DNA of 64,000 nucleotides. Source: the human T2T-CHM13v2.0 reference genome, Homo sapiens. Below are positions 28,060-42,040 of this stretch, in pieces. Within the stretch, counting starts at the first letter, position 1. Every line of letters begins with the position of its first letter. The stretch lies in assembly GCF_009914755.1 (NCBI RefSeq), contig NC_060928.1; one strand, 5' to 3'. The translations under genes and the position numbers were made by a program. The notes below the pieces were generated by a model. The model worked only from the letters and a program-made list of their open reading frames with translations, made no database searches and was not told the DNA's origin.

Positions 28060-28820
28060 AAGAAGAGCTTTAAAAAGAAGCTTTAGAAAGAGACAAGTAA
28101 ATGAGTTCATGGTAAGTATGAGAGAGGGTCAGTATTCTTAATATATAAAGAGCTCTTACAGATCAGTAAATTTAAAAAGGGACAATAGAAAAATGAGGAA
28201 TTTGTAAGGGACATGGATAGCTAACAACGAGAAAAATGGTCAGCATTATTAATGATTAATGAAATTGAAGAGCAGTGAGATATATTTCATTTTTCACATT
28301 GCCAAAGATTTTAAAAGATTGCTAACATCACTGTCATATGCTTCTGATGGGATTTGTTTACTGGTGAATGCTTTAAGCACAATTTAGCAGTATATGTTTA
28401 AAATTTTTTAAAGCAAGAATATATCATCTGACTTAGGAATTTGTATTTGAAATTCAGGAATTTAAGTAAATAATTAGAAAAACGTGTACACAAACATATT
28501 TTAAGAGAGACAAATGTATGGGGAGAGAAATGCATACATGCAAACACATGAGAACATTTATCAGCACTGTTTGTAATTGCCAAAAAAAGAAAATCTCAAT
28601 GGCCAACAGGATAGAGGATTGATTAAATAAAGTACACGGTTTCACATGATAATCCTAGAAAGTTCTGATATAGATTTATATGATCTCTAATAATTATTAA
28701 GATAATTTAGGGTATATTAAGAAGAAAAATTGGTTATAGGAGATGTTTTTATTTAATATATACTCTGCATATTTGAGTGGAAAAAGTACAACCTAATATT
28801 TCTGGGTGGAGAGAGTTGGA
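28060..28820 (+). mobile_element. Old L1 (L1M/L1ME-like) 3' region
   Basis: aatatataaagagctcttaca...aatttagcagtata...tttatcagcactgtttgtaattgcc...gattaaataaagtacacgg are typical L1M ORF2-end/3'UTR motifs. Confidence 0.7.
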
Positions 28821-29289
28821 GAGATTTCCTTTATTTCTTTATTTAGTCTTGATTTCTTTGACTCTTCTAACTTTTCTAGAATGGTGAGCATGTCTTATGT
28901 ATGTACAAAGTGAGGAGAAAGCCACACAGCATTGGTCATCGAATGATTTAATCCACTCTTAAAATTCTAGAAAAAGTTATATCAAACAAATACTTGTCTT
29001 GCTTGGGTAGTAAGAGCCAAATAATACAGGTATCTTTAGTTCAACAGCGGCACCTTCTGTGTTCAGTAGAGTGCTTAATTAGCACAGTCATCCTGATAAC
29101 ATGAAATCAATCCATAAACAGGCAATAAGAAATGTAAAATGAAAAGAGAAAAATTTAGAGTTCAAAAGTGCTCTTGAGGTTAAAAAAATAGTTAAAGCTA
29201 TGTCTAAAAGTGGGGGGGGGGTTGGCAATTAATCTTATTACTACATGACATCTTAGGTATATTAACAGTGTTTTATCCAGAATTTATAA

Positions 29290-31300
29290 ATATCCTGAGT
29301 TGAGTCATATTTTAGAGTATTTGTTTTTTCATAAATTTTTAAAAATTAAAGTCATTTGGATACATAGTAAATCAAATAGCATTGAAAGGTCCATCAGGAA
29401 GAATGTACTGTCACCCCATCCCATTTCCTTATCCAGAAGCAACTACTCAGCAATTTTAGCTGTTCATTTGATAGTTACATCCATTTTACCTGAAGATATA
29501 CCATTATTTCTTAATGTTTCATTTTAAATATTATCTGTTGACATCTTGTAACATGAGGACCCATCTTTATTATAAGCTTGTCTGCATACTTTTCTCCATT
29601 CTGGCGATATAGTTATATGACTTTTTTTAGTCATTAAGTGTATATTGTTAACTTTAAAGCCATAGATTGTACTCAAATTGTATTTATTCTTTTCATTCAG
29701 CTCTTTGATTTTTCTTCTTTTACTTGAGCATGTTCTTGAGTCTTAATTTACTTCCTCTAAGGGAAGTAAATTTTCTGAGTCCTTAAGTATCTAAAGTAAA
29801 CTTTTTTTCTGCCCCTACATTTGTTGGATCACTTGTATGGAAACCACTTGTGTGAAATCATTTGCTGTCAGAATTGTGAACTGTGGAAATCACTTGTATG
29901 GAAACTCACTTGTCTGAAAATCATTTGCTCTCAGAATTGTGAAGGCACTGCTCCATTGTCTTTTACTGTCTGCTACTGTTGTTGAAATGTCTACTGCCAT
30001 TGTCATTCTTCCTTGATTATATTCTGCTTAAACCCTACCACCCTGCACCTCAAGGAAGCGTTTAGGATGGCGACTTTGTTCCAGGAGTTGTGGCCTTTCA
30101 TGAGGATGCTGGGGGCGGCAGAGGCGGTGCTGTGTACTTCATTCATTGTGCTGAGTACTCTGTGGGTGTTTTAAAGTTGGAAACTCACACCCTCTGTTAT
30201 GGTAAATTTTCTTAGAGTATTTCGTTGGTAATTTTTTCCTTCTATTTTGCAGTTTTCTCTTTCTGGACCTCACATTCATTGGATATTGGACTCCCTTTGT
30301 TGATTCTCCAGTTTACAGTTTTCTTCTTTCACATTTTCTCCTTTTCAAGTTTTCATTGTACATTCTCAGAGATCACTCATCTTTTGTTTCTGATTTTTAC
30401 TGAATTTTCTTTTATTTTGACATGATGTTTTTAATTTTCAAGACCTCTTTTTTTATTATTTATTTGTCATAACATGCTGGTTTTGTACTTGGATACCGTA
30501 TCCTCTTTTAACTCTGAGAATGTTACCATTTTTGGTTCTTCAATTTAAGTTTTTCTGTTCCCTGCATTATCCATCTATTTTTGGTCTCTTTTATGCCAAT
30601 ATTTTCTTTCCTCATATGTCAGATGATCCTTGGTTATTCATGTGTATTAAATTGTGGGATGCTAAGGGTTAATTTGTAGCTCTGTGGGCATGGGTTGGAG
30701 CTTTTAATTGGTGGGCTTCACTGTTTTGTGATTGGATGAAGTCAGCCTTTTTTTTTTTTTTTTTTTTTTTTTTACTTACCTGCATATGTCTGTATGTGAA
30801 TGTCCTTTATCTGAAACTGGTTTATTTCTTCTTAAAATAATCTTCTGCTCTCTTGTCCAAAGTTTAGACAATCCATCTGCTAATGAGATTGAGAAAGGGA
30901 ATTATTGGTTCAACTATTCCTTATTTCAAGCTACAGTTCATTTCACCTCTGCCTTCCAGTAAGTCCCCAAATCTCCCTCATTCTTTTTCTCCAGCAAATA
31001 CACCAGTGGTTTCTTGCTTTGGGTGAGGACTGGGGAGAGTGTATACACGTGGCTGCTGGAATTCTTTACATTTAGATGGGCATGGTTTTATATTTAGACT
31101 TTCAACCTGTCCCAAACTTCTCTTCTGCCATTTGTCTTACAGGGACATTCAGTCTTTAGCGTCTCCAGGGACTCAGGTTTCTTCTCATTGCTTCAGTGGG
31201 TTCAGTTGGCAGACTCTGCCCCTCAGTTATTCCTCTCCAGTTTTGCTGGCCCCTTGCTTATTTGTGTGTATAGGTTAGACATACTTCTGCTGCAGGGTCT
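29290..31300 (-). mobile_element. Old L1M fragments, antisense
   Basis: T-rich; gaattgtgaaggcactgctccattgtctt...ttgaaatgtct resembles antisense L1M; boundaries approximate. Confidence 0.5.
29828..29943 (+). repeat. Tandem duplication, about 60-bp period
   Basis: atcacttgtatggaaac..cacttgt.tgaaatcatttgct.tcagaattgtgaa occurs twice. Confidence 0.9.
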
Positions 31301-31699
31301 TTGCATTCATGAAATGCACTTACTACATATATACTCATTTTTTTCTGCCCCAAGTAACAATCCCCAAATCTGAAGAATTTGTATTACTTAAGGATTGCAG
31401 GTTGGCAGTGGCATTCCTGGGATTGGCAGGCTCAGGTCCACACATCTCATTTCAAGATCCAGGTAATTTTTCTGGATTAGATGGTTTTCACGGTAGAGGG
31501 CAGAAACTCAAGGGAGGACAGAGCCAAATTTAGCCAATGCACTTAAAGCTTCTGTGTAGCTGTGACACACCCTGTGAGCCCATATTCCATAGGTCAAGAC
31601 AAATTGCATGGGAAATATGATGAGGAAAGAAAAAATAATGAGTAATTCAACCTACTACACCCCAGATATCCACGAGACTTACTCCTTACTTCCTTCAAA

Positions 31700-31995
31700 T
31701 CTTTGTTCTAATATCACCATCTCTGTGATGCCCTCCCTAATTCCACCCTATTTAAAGTTTTATTACTCTTCTATTTTCTGTTTCCCTTCCCTGATTTATT
31801 TTTGTTCCTAACACTTCATACTATCTGACATATTATCTAATTTACATATATATATATTTTTATTTTATTTACTGCCTTTCCCAACTAGAATATTTGTAAG
31901 CACCACAAGCCCAGAGATGTTGGTTTTTGTTTATTACTGTGTACTCAGTACCCAGAATAGTGCCTGACGCCCGGAAACTGCTCAAACATATCTAA
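31700..31995 (+). mobile_element. L2 3' end
   Basis: ccaactagaata..gtaagcaccacaag...ttactgtgtactcagtacccagaatagtgcctgac...ctcaaacata. Confidence 0.8.
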
Positions 31996-33291
31996 ATATC
32001 CCTTCCTTCCCATGGAACTTTTTTTTTTTTCTTAAATTTTAAAATCACTCATCCCCTGATGAATCTGCATCCATTTTCTTTGGTTTTTGTGGTTTATACC
32101 TTCACTATTATTAAAGGCTCTGTGCAGGGAGAGACGTAAATGCTTTTTATCAAATTAGCCATTCTTAACTACAAATCTGACTTCTTAAATATTTATTAAA
32201 TAAAGAAAGACTCTTGATTTAATGTGCTGGCTTTCATACAAATTACCAAATACAGATTTGATTGGGATGTTTCTCCAGAGTTAAGTCCTCTGTAAGTGTT
32301 GGAGTAAATGAATTACTTAGCATAATAGCTATACAAGATATGTTTTGGTTGGTGATGCCACCCTGTGTGAATAGGTGATTTCTTGTTTGTCCTTCATTTG
32401 AAAAAGTAACATAATAGTCAACCTACTTGAAAGCGAATTAGTTCTTATTCGCATGCGAATGAAGAGGCCTAGGTGGGATTAAAAGCATTTTCTATTACTG
32501 AATACATATGGCGTTCGTAATTTGTATTCAAAGACCTGTTTGCTATTTTTGGCATGGCTTCCAACCTCATAAATGCAAAAAGCAGCTCCACTTCTTATAG
32601 CAATATGCCAGCCTGGTCTGTCAACTACAGTTATTTCCCATCAGTTATTCATAGTCTTAGACTTTGTTTCAGTAAATTGTTCTGCATTGTTTACTGCCCT
32701 CACTACTTATTATCTCCCCAGCCCAGGTCATAATACAACAGATACTTGGGTATCATGATGTTATATATTCTTTTCCAACTCAGCATGGTGATATTGGGAG
32801 GGTGATCTTATTCCTGTTTTTCATATGGGAGATTGATGAAACTTGTTTTTCATTTTTTATTACATCATAATACTTATTTGCTGACAAACTCATCAGGACT
32901 CTGAGGGAGCCATAAATTTGTATCAGTATAATCAATATTGATGGAAACACTTTGAAACTCCTCCTGTAGAATTAGAGTCAGCTTACAAGCCACATTACAA
33001 TGGTCTTATGATTATATACCAGACTCTTAGTTCTATGTTAATTTAGTATGAATGTCTATATACCCTAGCATTTTTTTACTCCAAATAATGTTTATTTCCC
33101 AAAATAAATTTCATTCTGCAAAGATGAAAATCTGTATCACACCTAAAATTGTGCAATACAGATCTTAAAACTGCCAGATAGCATTCCAAAGTGCTTACTT
33201 TGGAAGGAAAATAATTAAATGTCTAAATTATTATACATTTTTTTAAAGATTTCTTTATTGCTGTAATTCTTACTGCTTCCTCTGCTTTTCC

Positions 33292-33650
<359 letters not shown>

Positions 33651-34124
33651 TGATATAAATCATTCCTTTGTTGACATTGTCATCATGTGCTTACTGAAAC
33701 ATGCCCTACATAACAAGGTAGAAAGAGACAGGCTTCGGATTTCTTCCTGTTAAAGCAAAGCATTAATTTTCTCTAAGGAAAGGTAGATGTTGAGTGTGAA
33801 ATAAACTTAAAAGAGGATGCATCACATATAAAATCCCAGAATGTTACAAGTGGAGGGGACCTAAGATGATTGCAAATAAAGATAAATGCAACAGCTGTGG
33901 TCTAGAAGGAGGCACAAATTATTAAGAGCTCAGCAAGACGGAGTCAAGGAAAAATTCTGACTGAGCATGAACAGTGTGTTGCTTAATAGTTACTTATCAT
34001 CGGCTTCACTTTAGCCCTGTGCATATGACCCCGAAACCATGTTTATAATGTGTAAGCCCCTTTGATTGTTTTTGTTTTTGTTCTGAAGACGCTTGCTACT
34101 TTTGAAATGTTTTCCATATTTAGA

Positions 34125-34310
34125 GATAATACGGTGTGGTCGAAAGAGGGCATATTTTGGAGTCAGAAAACTTGAAGTTCAATCTTGTCATTACCTTAAG
34201 CTAAATTTCTCCATCTGTAAAATGGGAGTAGTAACATTTAAATAACGGTTAAATAATAAGGAGAAGTAACGTAGGAAGAGATTCAAGCACTGGCCTGGCA
34301 CATGGTGCTT
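34125..34310. mobile_element. MIR SINE
   Basis: ttggagtcaga...ccatctgtaaaatggga...ctggcacatgg. Confidence 0.75.
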
Positions 34311-35821
34311 AAAAAGTGTCTTGCTCTTTCTCTCTCCCTTCTTTATTATTTAATAAAATTTGTCTGGTATGTGTATTATAATTTGTACATCTTGATCTTA
34401 TATACTGTATTAAAATTAAAAAATAGTCAAAAGCTGAATGCCTGGTCTCAAATATTTTAAATTCTGGTTGGGATGTAACATAAGTACATGTACTCCAAAT
34501 ATATTTACAGAGTAGGTTTTATTAAATGAACTAATAGATATTGTACATAAAAGATTAAAGTGAAAGAATGATCAGGTTGTAAGGAGTATGGAGTAGGTGA
34601 GCTTGGCGCTGTATACGAAAACCTTCCATGGAAGAGCTCGAGACATCTTTTTGAACTTCCTTAACTCTGTTTTGATAGTACTTAAACGGTCAATTCGATG
34701 GTTCTTCATACCTTAAAGATCACTGGCCTTTATTATCCTGATAGTAGTGAATATAAGCATGTTAAGGTTATCTTATCTGTGTTTAATCTTCATAGGCACA
34801 TACTATGGAACATCTTTATCTGTCATATTCATGATCCGTGAAGCCTCTTTTGAAGTCAGGTTGCATACTGCAAAAAAGTAGAGCTCTAAAGTAGGTCACA
34901 GTCCTAAGAGAGACACTGGAATCAACATCTGAAATTGAAAAGCTATTCTCCATTCGTATTAAGTTTTTAGGTTATCACTAAGGAAAAAAAAAAGCACACT
35001 AAAATTAGATGAAGTAAAAGAAGCCCGAGTTATTCAAAATGTAAAGACCTTAGAATGAATGCTAACATTTTTCTTTTGCCCTTTTTCTTCCATCATTATG
35101 TCTAAAGATTGAAGTTAGTCTAAATAACATTAGGTCCCATAATCTCTGAGAATTTACCAGCTTTACTGTTTTCTTTTTCTTTCTGTTCCAAGTACATCTG
35201 CCCTTATGCCATTACTCTTGTCAGAAACTCATTGCCAAGTGTCTTTAAAAATCAGTTACTGTGGAGTTACCTATTTCAAAACAGAACTAACCCCTCAGTT
35301 TGATTTTTCAGGAGTCATTCTTTCATAGGCAATTCCGTCAGAATTTTTTTTATATAAATCAGTGTGAAAGCATTGGATTTTCTTAATACAGTCTTGTCCA
35401 GGAAGCTGTTAAAGCTTTTTCCCCATTGAAGAGAGAACACTAAATTGTCAGTATGTACTCATTCTATGGGAGAAGTTTTGAAAGCAGAGGTTTATAAATT
35501 TTCAACTTAGAGAACGAGATTCTTTGCAAAAGATTTGGTCAAATATCTGGAAGTCTTCCACTTTTGAAATACAGGGCTTCCAAACACATTTCTTCAAATG
35601 TCTTCTATATAGTTACTGTCTTTTATTTTGGCAAGTTATGCCAAAGAGACGAAATAGATCTTAGAGACCTTAGAATATTAATATCCTTAGGTTACATTCT
35701 TATAGAGTATCCACTAATTATTTCACATACTTAAGTGATGAATATATTAGTATCTTAAATTCTAGTTTGGTCATAGAGATTTGTGCTTTCATGGGTCCTG
35801 GAGCAGATGGTTGCTGTCCCC

Positions 35822-36060
35822 CGAGTGGTTCATACTCAGGCTCTGGTATCAGGTTTCCTGGGATGGAATCCTAGTTCTGTCACTAACTAACTGGGTGGAC
35901 TGAAACAGTTCATTTAACCCTGATAGGCCTCGTCTTTGTAAAATGGGGATAAATACTACCTATCTTGTTGAGCTGTTATAAGGATGAGACATACCACATG
36001 TAATATTGACAATGCCTGGCTCACAGTAAATGCTCCATAAATGTTAGCCATCATTATTGT
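35822..36060. mobile_element. MIR SINE
   Basis: ggctctgg...aatcctagttctgtcact...tgtaaaatggggata...tgcctggctcacagtaaatgctc. Confidence 0.85.
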
Positions 36061-37490
36061 TGTTATTGATGATGGTTTTTGGAAGGCTCACTTGAATTTT
36101 CTCAGTTATAAATATTGTGTAGGGCAAGGTCTGTGAACCTTGGTTTCATTAAAGTAACTATTCCTATAAGAGTATGCTCCGCTGTGATTATGGTTGTATA
36201 AATCTCATTTGGCAATTGAGTACCAATAATACGATAGTCATAGATTAGGTATAACTATCTAAATTGAACTGCTGTCAACAACTACTGAAAGAGCATTTTG
36301 CAATAATTATCACTATCATCATTATTTCAACTTCATGAAATCCATGAAATATTTATCTTTCCTTATATCTAATCAGAATGATATACTCTTAGATATCACA
36401 TAGGTGAGTAATAAATGATAGAATGGGGTCCCTTTCTTCTGATAGATGCATATTAGTATATTCTGATATAATGATATGCAGGGTACTAATTAGTGTGCAA
36501 TTAACTGTCAGACTTTGTGCAATTGAGTGAGAAAGATTTTGTGCAGTTAAATAAATGATGAAATGGGTCCTTTCTTCTTTCCTTTGAATCACAGTGACAA
36601 CCTAACTTAGACTTTCAATTAAGCTTTCCAGCTTCCTACCTGTGTTCTTGTATTGGTTTCTTAGGCAGGAATATTTTCTCTGCATGGACAGAAACAGTTG
36701 ATAAACTCAACTCCAACAGAGAAATAAATTACATGCCAGCTATAATGAGATATGAACGTCCAGTAAATTTTCTTTTGCATGTAAAAATGTGGCAGTATGA
36801 AGTAAGAGTCAATAATTATTTATTGTTAATTCCCTAATGTTTGCTTCTGATGCACATGTAAATTGTGATGTGACTAAATTGAATGGAATTATCCGTTATT
36901 TTTAACATATTCACTCTAATGCACATGGATGAAAATGACTGTGATAATCTAGCAGGGATCCTTTGTGTTTTGGTGAAGCATGTAGGTCCGCATCCTGCAG
37001 TCTAGTATAAATGGATTTCAAACCGAATTTAATGAAAATTACCTTTGCTGACAGTGAGCCTGAGACACAGATGGTCACTGTATCCTCAGATGTGTTTAAC
37101 TCCATTTCAGTGGGGCCACCTTTGTTGTTTATAACTTCTAGGTATAGATTCTTGTGGGAGTTCCAAGATTTGTTTTAAGCAGTTTTTCCTTTCTTAACAA
37201 AAATAGTAAGCACCATATAATGCTTGCTTCGTTTCAGTGATATTTTTTCATTCTTCACTCTCTCTTGCACATTTATTTGATGCTCAAGTGATGATATACA
37301 AATCACTGAGAATATTATTTCCTAGTTTTCTGGAATATTAGAAGGACAATATTACATAGAATTTTACTTTCACATATATAATTATTTCAATAATGTTGCC
37401 AGAAGAATTGAGTATCTCTTCTGAACAAATGCCGTGTCTAAGAACAAGAAGGATAGAATTAAATCAGTGAGGGGATGGAAAGTAAAAAAT

Positions 37491-37795
<305 letters not shown>

Positions 37796-38656
37796 TGTAG
37801 GGAGATACAGGTATATTGTTTGTAATTCAGATCTAAGATTATTTCTGAACCTGAACCAGAAGATAGACATTTGAAACAGAAATTCACACTGTCAGTTAAG
37901 ATCTTAGTTGTGTTTTTGCCAAATACTGTAAGATTAAAACAAATTCTCCACCAAGTTTTAGCCTCCAGTTTACTGCTACCACCATAGTTCAGTCCCTTCA
38001 GTTGGATTATTTTTGTTTTGTTTTCTAATAAAATGGCCAGATTAATCTAGTTTACATTGCTTTATCAATCACTGTGTTTCTTAGAAAACTACAAAAGTAT
38101 CCTCATTTCCTCTCCATCAGTACTACCTGTTTTCTTCTGCGCAAGCCTTTTTTGCTCTAGCTCGCCTCTAGCCCTCTAGCCTTATTTTCTCTACTCTGAA
38201 GACAAACCCCTTGGCTTTGGTTAGCTCCTTTACAATGTGATTATGTCATGTCCCACTTGCCTAAAAGACTTCTCACTATAATCCTTAGTTTTGAAATCCT
38301 CTTTATCTTTTAAGGGTTAACCTCTAGAATTGATTAATTTTCTAGTTATTCCAGTTCTGATTGGCAATTCTATGCTGTTAAGTTCTCTTATACATACATG
38401 TAGCATTTAATTATATTATGGATAATGTGAATCTTACAATCAATGACATTTCCCTATTTGTCCTTACCACTAGGAAGTGCAGGGCTGAGTTATCGGCCAG
38501 TCTTTAGTTACTGTAGAGAATCTTCGACATGTATTTCTGCCTATGAACTTCCCCTATAGCATTGTCTTAACCATAAAGCTTCTTTTTTGCAACATTTTTT
38601 TCTAATGTTATAATCTTATTATATATTCTATCTTCTTGTAAGCCACATCAAATCCT

Positions 38657-39055
38657 TATTAGGAGAGGCAGTCTTCCATGGGATCTGAGCGCATCCTGCA
38701 CACCCTTGCTGGCCTTGCCAAAAATGTAAGTCCCTGACTGCTCTTTACCCAGGAGATTTCTCAGGATGGTTTGTAGCAAGAAACCTTGAGAGATGAGGCA
38801 TTAGCCAAGAGCAGGCTTGTTACTACTTACTGTCAAACAGTGGATTCCCCAAGCTCAGTGTTCCTCAGCTGTGACAAGCCCATTGTGTGCATAGCATCCA
38901 TTTGGGCCTGCCAGAGTTGGGGAACAAAGGGACCAACGTACAATCCAATACTCATGCTGCTTGCTGTGCTATGCCATGAGTTTTTGCCCCTTACCCAGGA
39001 GTTTTGTGTCACCATTTATGACAGCAGGAGGCTGTAGTAGGCTGTAATTAGGATA
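38657..39055 (+). mobile_element. ERVL-type solo LTR (LTR47/LTR53-like; subfamily uncertain)
   Basis: ggagaggcagtcttccatggg...ctgcaca...ccccaagctcagtgttcctcagctgtg...acccaggagttttgtgtc. Confidence 0.55.
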
Positions 39056-39659
39056 AAATCAAATACTATACTAATACTCATTTATGGAAGATAGAAACTG
39101 TTCCATAAATTAATAAAAATAAACGTGTTTTGAGCCTTTCAAACCAACCCACTGTGCATATCACTATCCTGAACATGCTGAACATGTAATTAGATGTCAG
39201 TGTATACTTATTATGCTTTGAAGAACTTAGCTTTTATGGAATCATGGCAGCTGCAAGAGTAATTAAATTGATAATTTCTTGGAATTATGTTGAGAAGACT
39301 TAAGATATTAAAACTGGCTGGATTTGTCTGCTTCAACTAAAAAGATGAATAGAGAATATGTTTAACTTCACCTTGCCTCTGAGAGGTTTCTGAAGAGAAC
39401 TTCAGTGTAAAATTTAGTGTCTTATTTAGTTATCTACCTTAGTCTGTGTTCTCTCTCCTTTCATCAGTTGTGTTGCTTTTTTCCATTTTTAAATTTCATT
39501 CTCACTGGAATTTTGAGAATGTAGCATTTGTAAATGTGAAGAAAAATCAGTAACATAATTTTCAATTTGTTTAGGTTTTTTAAAACTATGGCCTTAAAAG
39601 ATAAAATTAGGATCATATAAATAAATGACATATGACCTCTGAAGGACTGGGTAGAAAAA

Positions 39660-39900
39660 AATTAATATTTATTGATTAACTAGCAAGTGCTAAGTTCTTT
39701 TAAGGTGCTTTACATGTATTATATCATTAAATCTGCCAATAATCTAAGAGTTAAGTATTATTAAAAGAATAAACTAGACTATTAGAAAATGACACTAATT
39801 AGATTTAGGTAACTAGCCCAAGTTCATACTGTAAGTAGCAAAAGAAGACTCTACCCAGGTAGATCAGACATTCTCATCAAAGGCATGGTTCTTAACCAGG
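39660..39900. mobile_element. MIR SINE
   Basis: aggtgctttacatgtattatatcattaaatc...aggtaactagcccaagttcata. Confidence 0.7.
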
Positions 39901-39959
39901 AACTCTCATCTCCTGGGATAGTGAAAGTAAAGGAGGATGTGGAAGAGACTATTTCATAT

Positions 39960-40340
39960 TACCAGAACCTATTTTTCTGTCTTCCTTGATAAGGCTACAT
40001 TTCCCAGCCCTCCCCACTCCCTTGCACGTAGGTATGGACATGTGGCTAGTTCTCTACAATGGAATGTGAATGGAAGTGAGGTACCAGGCCGAAAATGGGC
40101 CTTCTCCATGGTCTCTTTTTATTTGCTAAACGGTAAAAGCAAAGGACCTCAGGGACCGTAGAAGATGACAGAGTCACCAGATGGGAAGAGCCCACGTCTG
40201 AGTTACCACGTGGAAAGTTGTCCCATTGAACACCAGCATTAGACTAAGGTTAGAATGAGAAAGAAAAGCTTTTGTCATGTTACATCACTAATATTTCAGG
40301 GTTTATTTATTAAAACAGCTCACATTACCTTACCAAAATA
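39960..40340 (+). mobile_element. MLT1 (J/K-like) MaLR LTR
   Basis: ctacatttcccagcc...cccttgca...catgtggctagttctc...aatggaatgtga.tggaagtg...gggaagagccc. Confidence 0.75.
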
Positions 40341-41498
40341 GATGGGTATGATCAAATGTCACTACTAGGAGCATTAGAGGATTTTAAATATTTGATGAAA
40401 TCATTATGACATTAGTTATTTTTGAGACTTCTAAAACATTTGATTATTACCTTGAATATATGAACGAAAAGTATTGTAATTGCTTTATAAGAAGAAAAAA
40501 CACTCTGAAAATAAGAGCATATTGGGAGTGATATCCAGATAGTCGTGACCTGGTCCTTGAACTGCCTCTGTTTAATCTGGGGCAAATGACTTAATCCCTC
40601 TGAGCCTCCCTCTCCTAATGTGTAACATGAAACAATCTAACCTCTTTAGGGTGGCAGTAAAATTGCTATAGGCTAAGAGTATACAGAAACACAGTAGTTT
40701 GTATACTCCTTGAAGATCAAAATAGTGTCCAGTTTATACGTCTATACTGGTACTGTTTTAGCACATAAGAAGTGTCAGTAAATATTGAATGAATTTTTGG
40801 TGGAATAGGACATGATATCCTTTTAGAAAACGTTTTGGCATTTTGAGTCAAAAGCCATAAATATATATATTCTTGTTGTCCCAGTATTAATGCTTAGGAT
40901 ATTTATGAATAATCCATGGGAAGGAAGAAGTGAGGATAGGATAGGGTTGCAGAAGCCTCATTTCAACCTTTGGAAATAGTCTCAGTGTTTAACTACAGTG
41001 GAGTAATTTGGTAAATTTTCATAAACTTCACTTGCTGCAAAGTTTTCCTGCTATTAAAAGGCAAGTAAGAAAAACCATATTCGTACGGTGAAAGTTTATA
41101 CTAGAAAACTATCAGAAGCATAAAATACAAAACAGCTACATCTTTACTAAAAGCCTGGAAAAATTAAATGTATACTCAGTAAAGAATTAGAAGGAAACAT
41201 ACATAGAAAATGGAAAACAGTTTGATATATTAGTGATAGGATTATGGAATTATTTTTTTCTTTCAGTTGCATTTGCAAACAAGATGGGAGAAGAAGCTGG
41301 AAAAGAACATAGGCTACCTATTTAAAGATCCTGAATGAAAAAAAAAAAAACCTTTGTGTTTCATTTTGTAAGGTTTTTAAAAAATAGATCTGGGATTAAA
41401 TCTGGCTTTTAGAAAGATAATTTGTAGTAAGAGAGTTAGTAATAGGGAGATGGATTAGAATATTACTGCAATAATTCAGGTGACAGATGTGGAGGAAC

Positions 41499-42040
41499 TG
41501 TGTTTCTTATTTCCTGTGTTTTGTTGCTGTGACATCTGGGGCCTTGCTGACCCTGGAGGGACTGCCCCTCCTAGTGTTTGCCAGTTCTAGAGATAATAAA
41601 TAACTCGCCCACAAGTGCACTTTTCCAAAACAAATGAATCAACCCAGAGCGCACACCTCAACCATCTCCTTTAGTGGGCTTTCACACTCTGGTCCATTAT
41701 CCACCTGCCCTGATCACCCCAGGGCCAGGTACAGAGAGCTCTTGTGCCTCAGAGCCAATTGAAAATATCTAAACTACCAATCCTAATGCTTTTTACTCTG
41801 TTTTGCCCATTTCTTCCCAAGGAAACCACAATAAAGGCTTGTTTAGGGTTTCCCCTCTCTCCCTCTGCCTCCTAACCAACCCTGATGCTTCTTTTTGTGG
41901 CCCTGTTGGGGCGGCATGCCCCCTCCTCTTGGGAACCGTGAGTAACAAGCTGTATTGTCAGTGGCAGTCACCTTCTACTCTGCTGGCCTTACTACACCTC
42001 AGAGCTTCCACTAGTACACTATATTTTTAAACTAAATGTT
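41499..42040 (+). mobile_element. MER74-like ERVL solo LTR, inserted in L2
   Basis: gacatctggggccttgctgaccctggagggactgcccctcc...ggaaaccacaataaagg...cccctcctcttgggaac. Confidence 0.8.
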
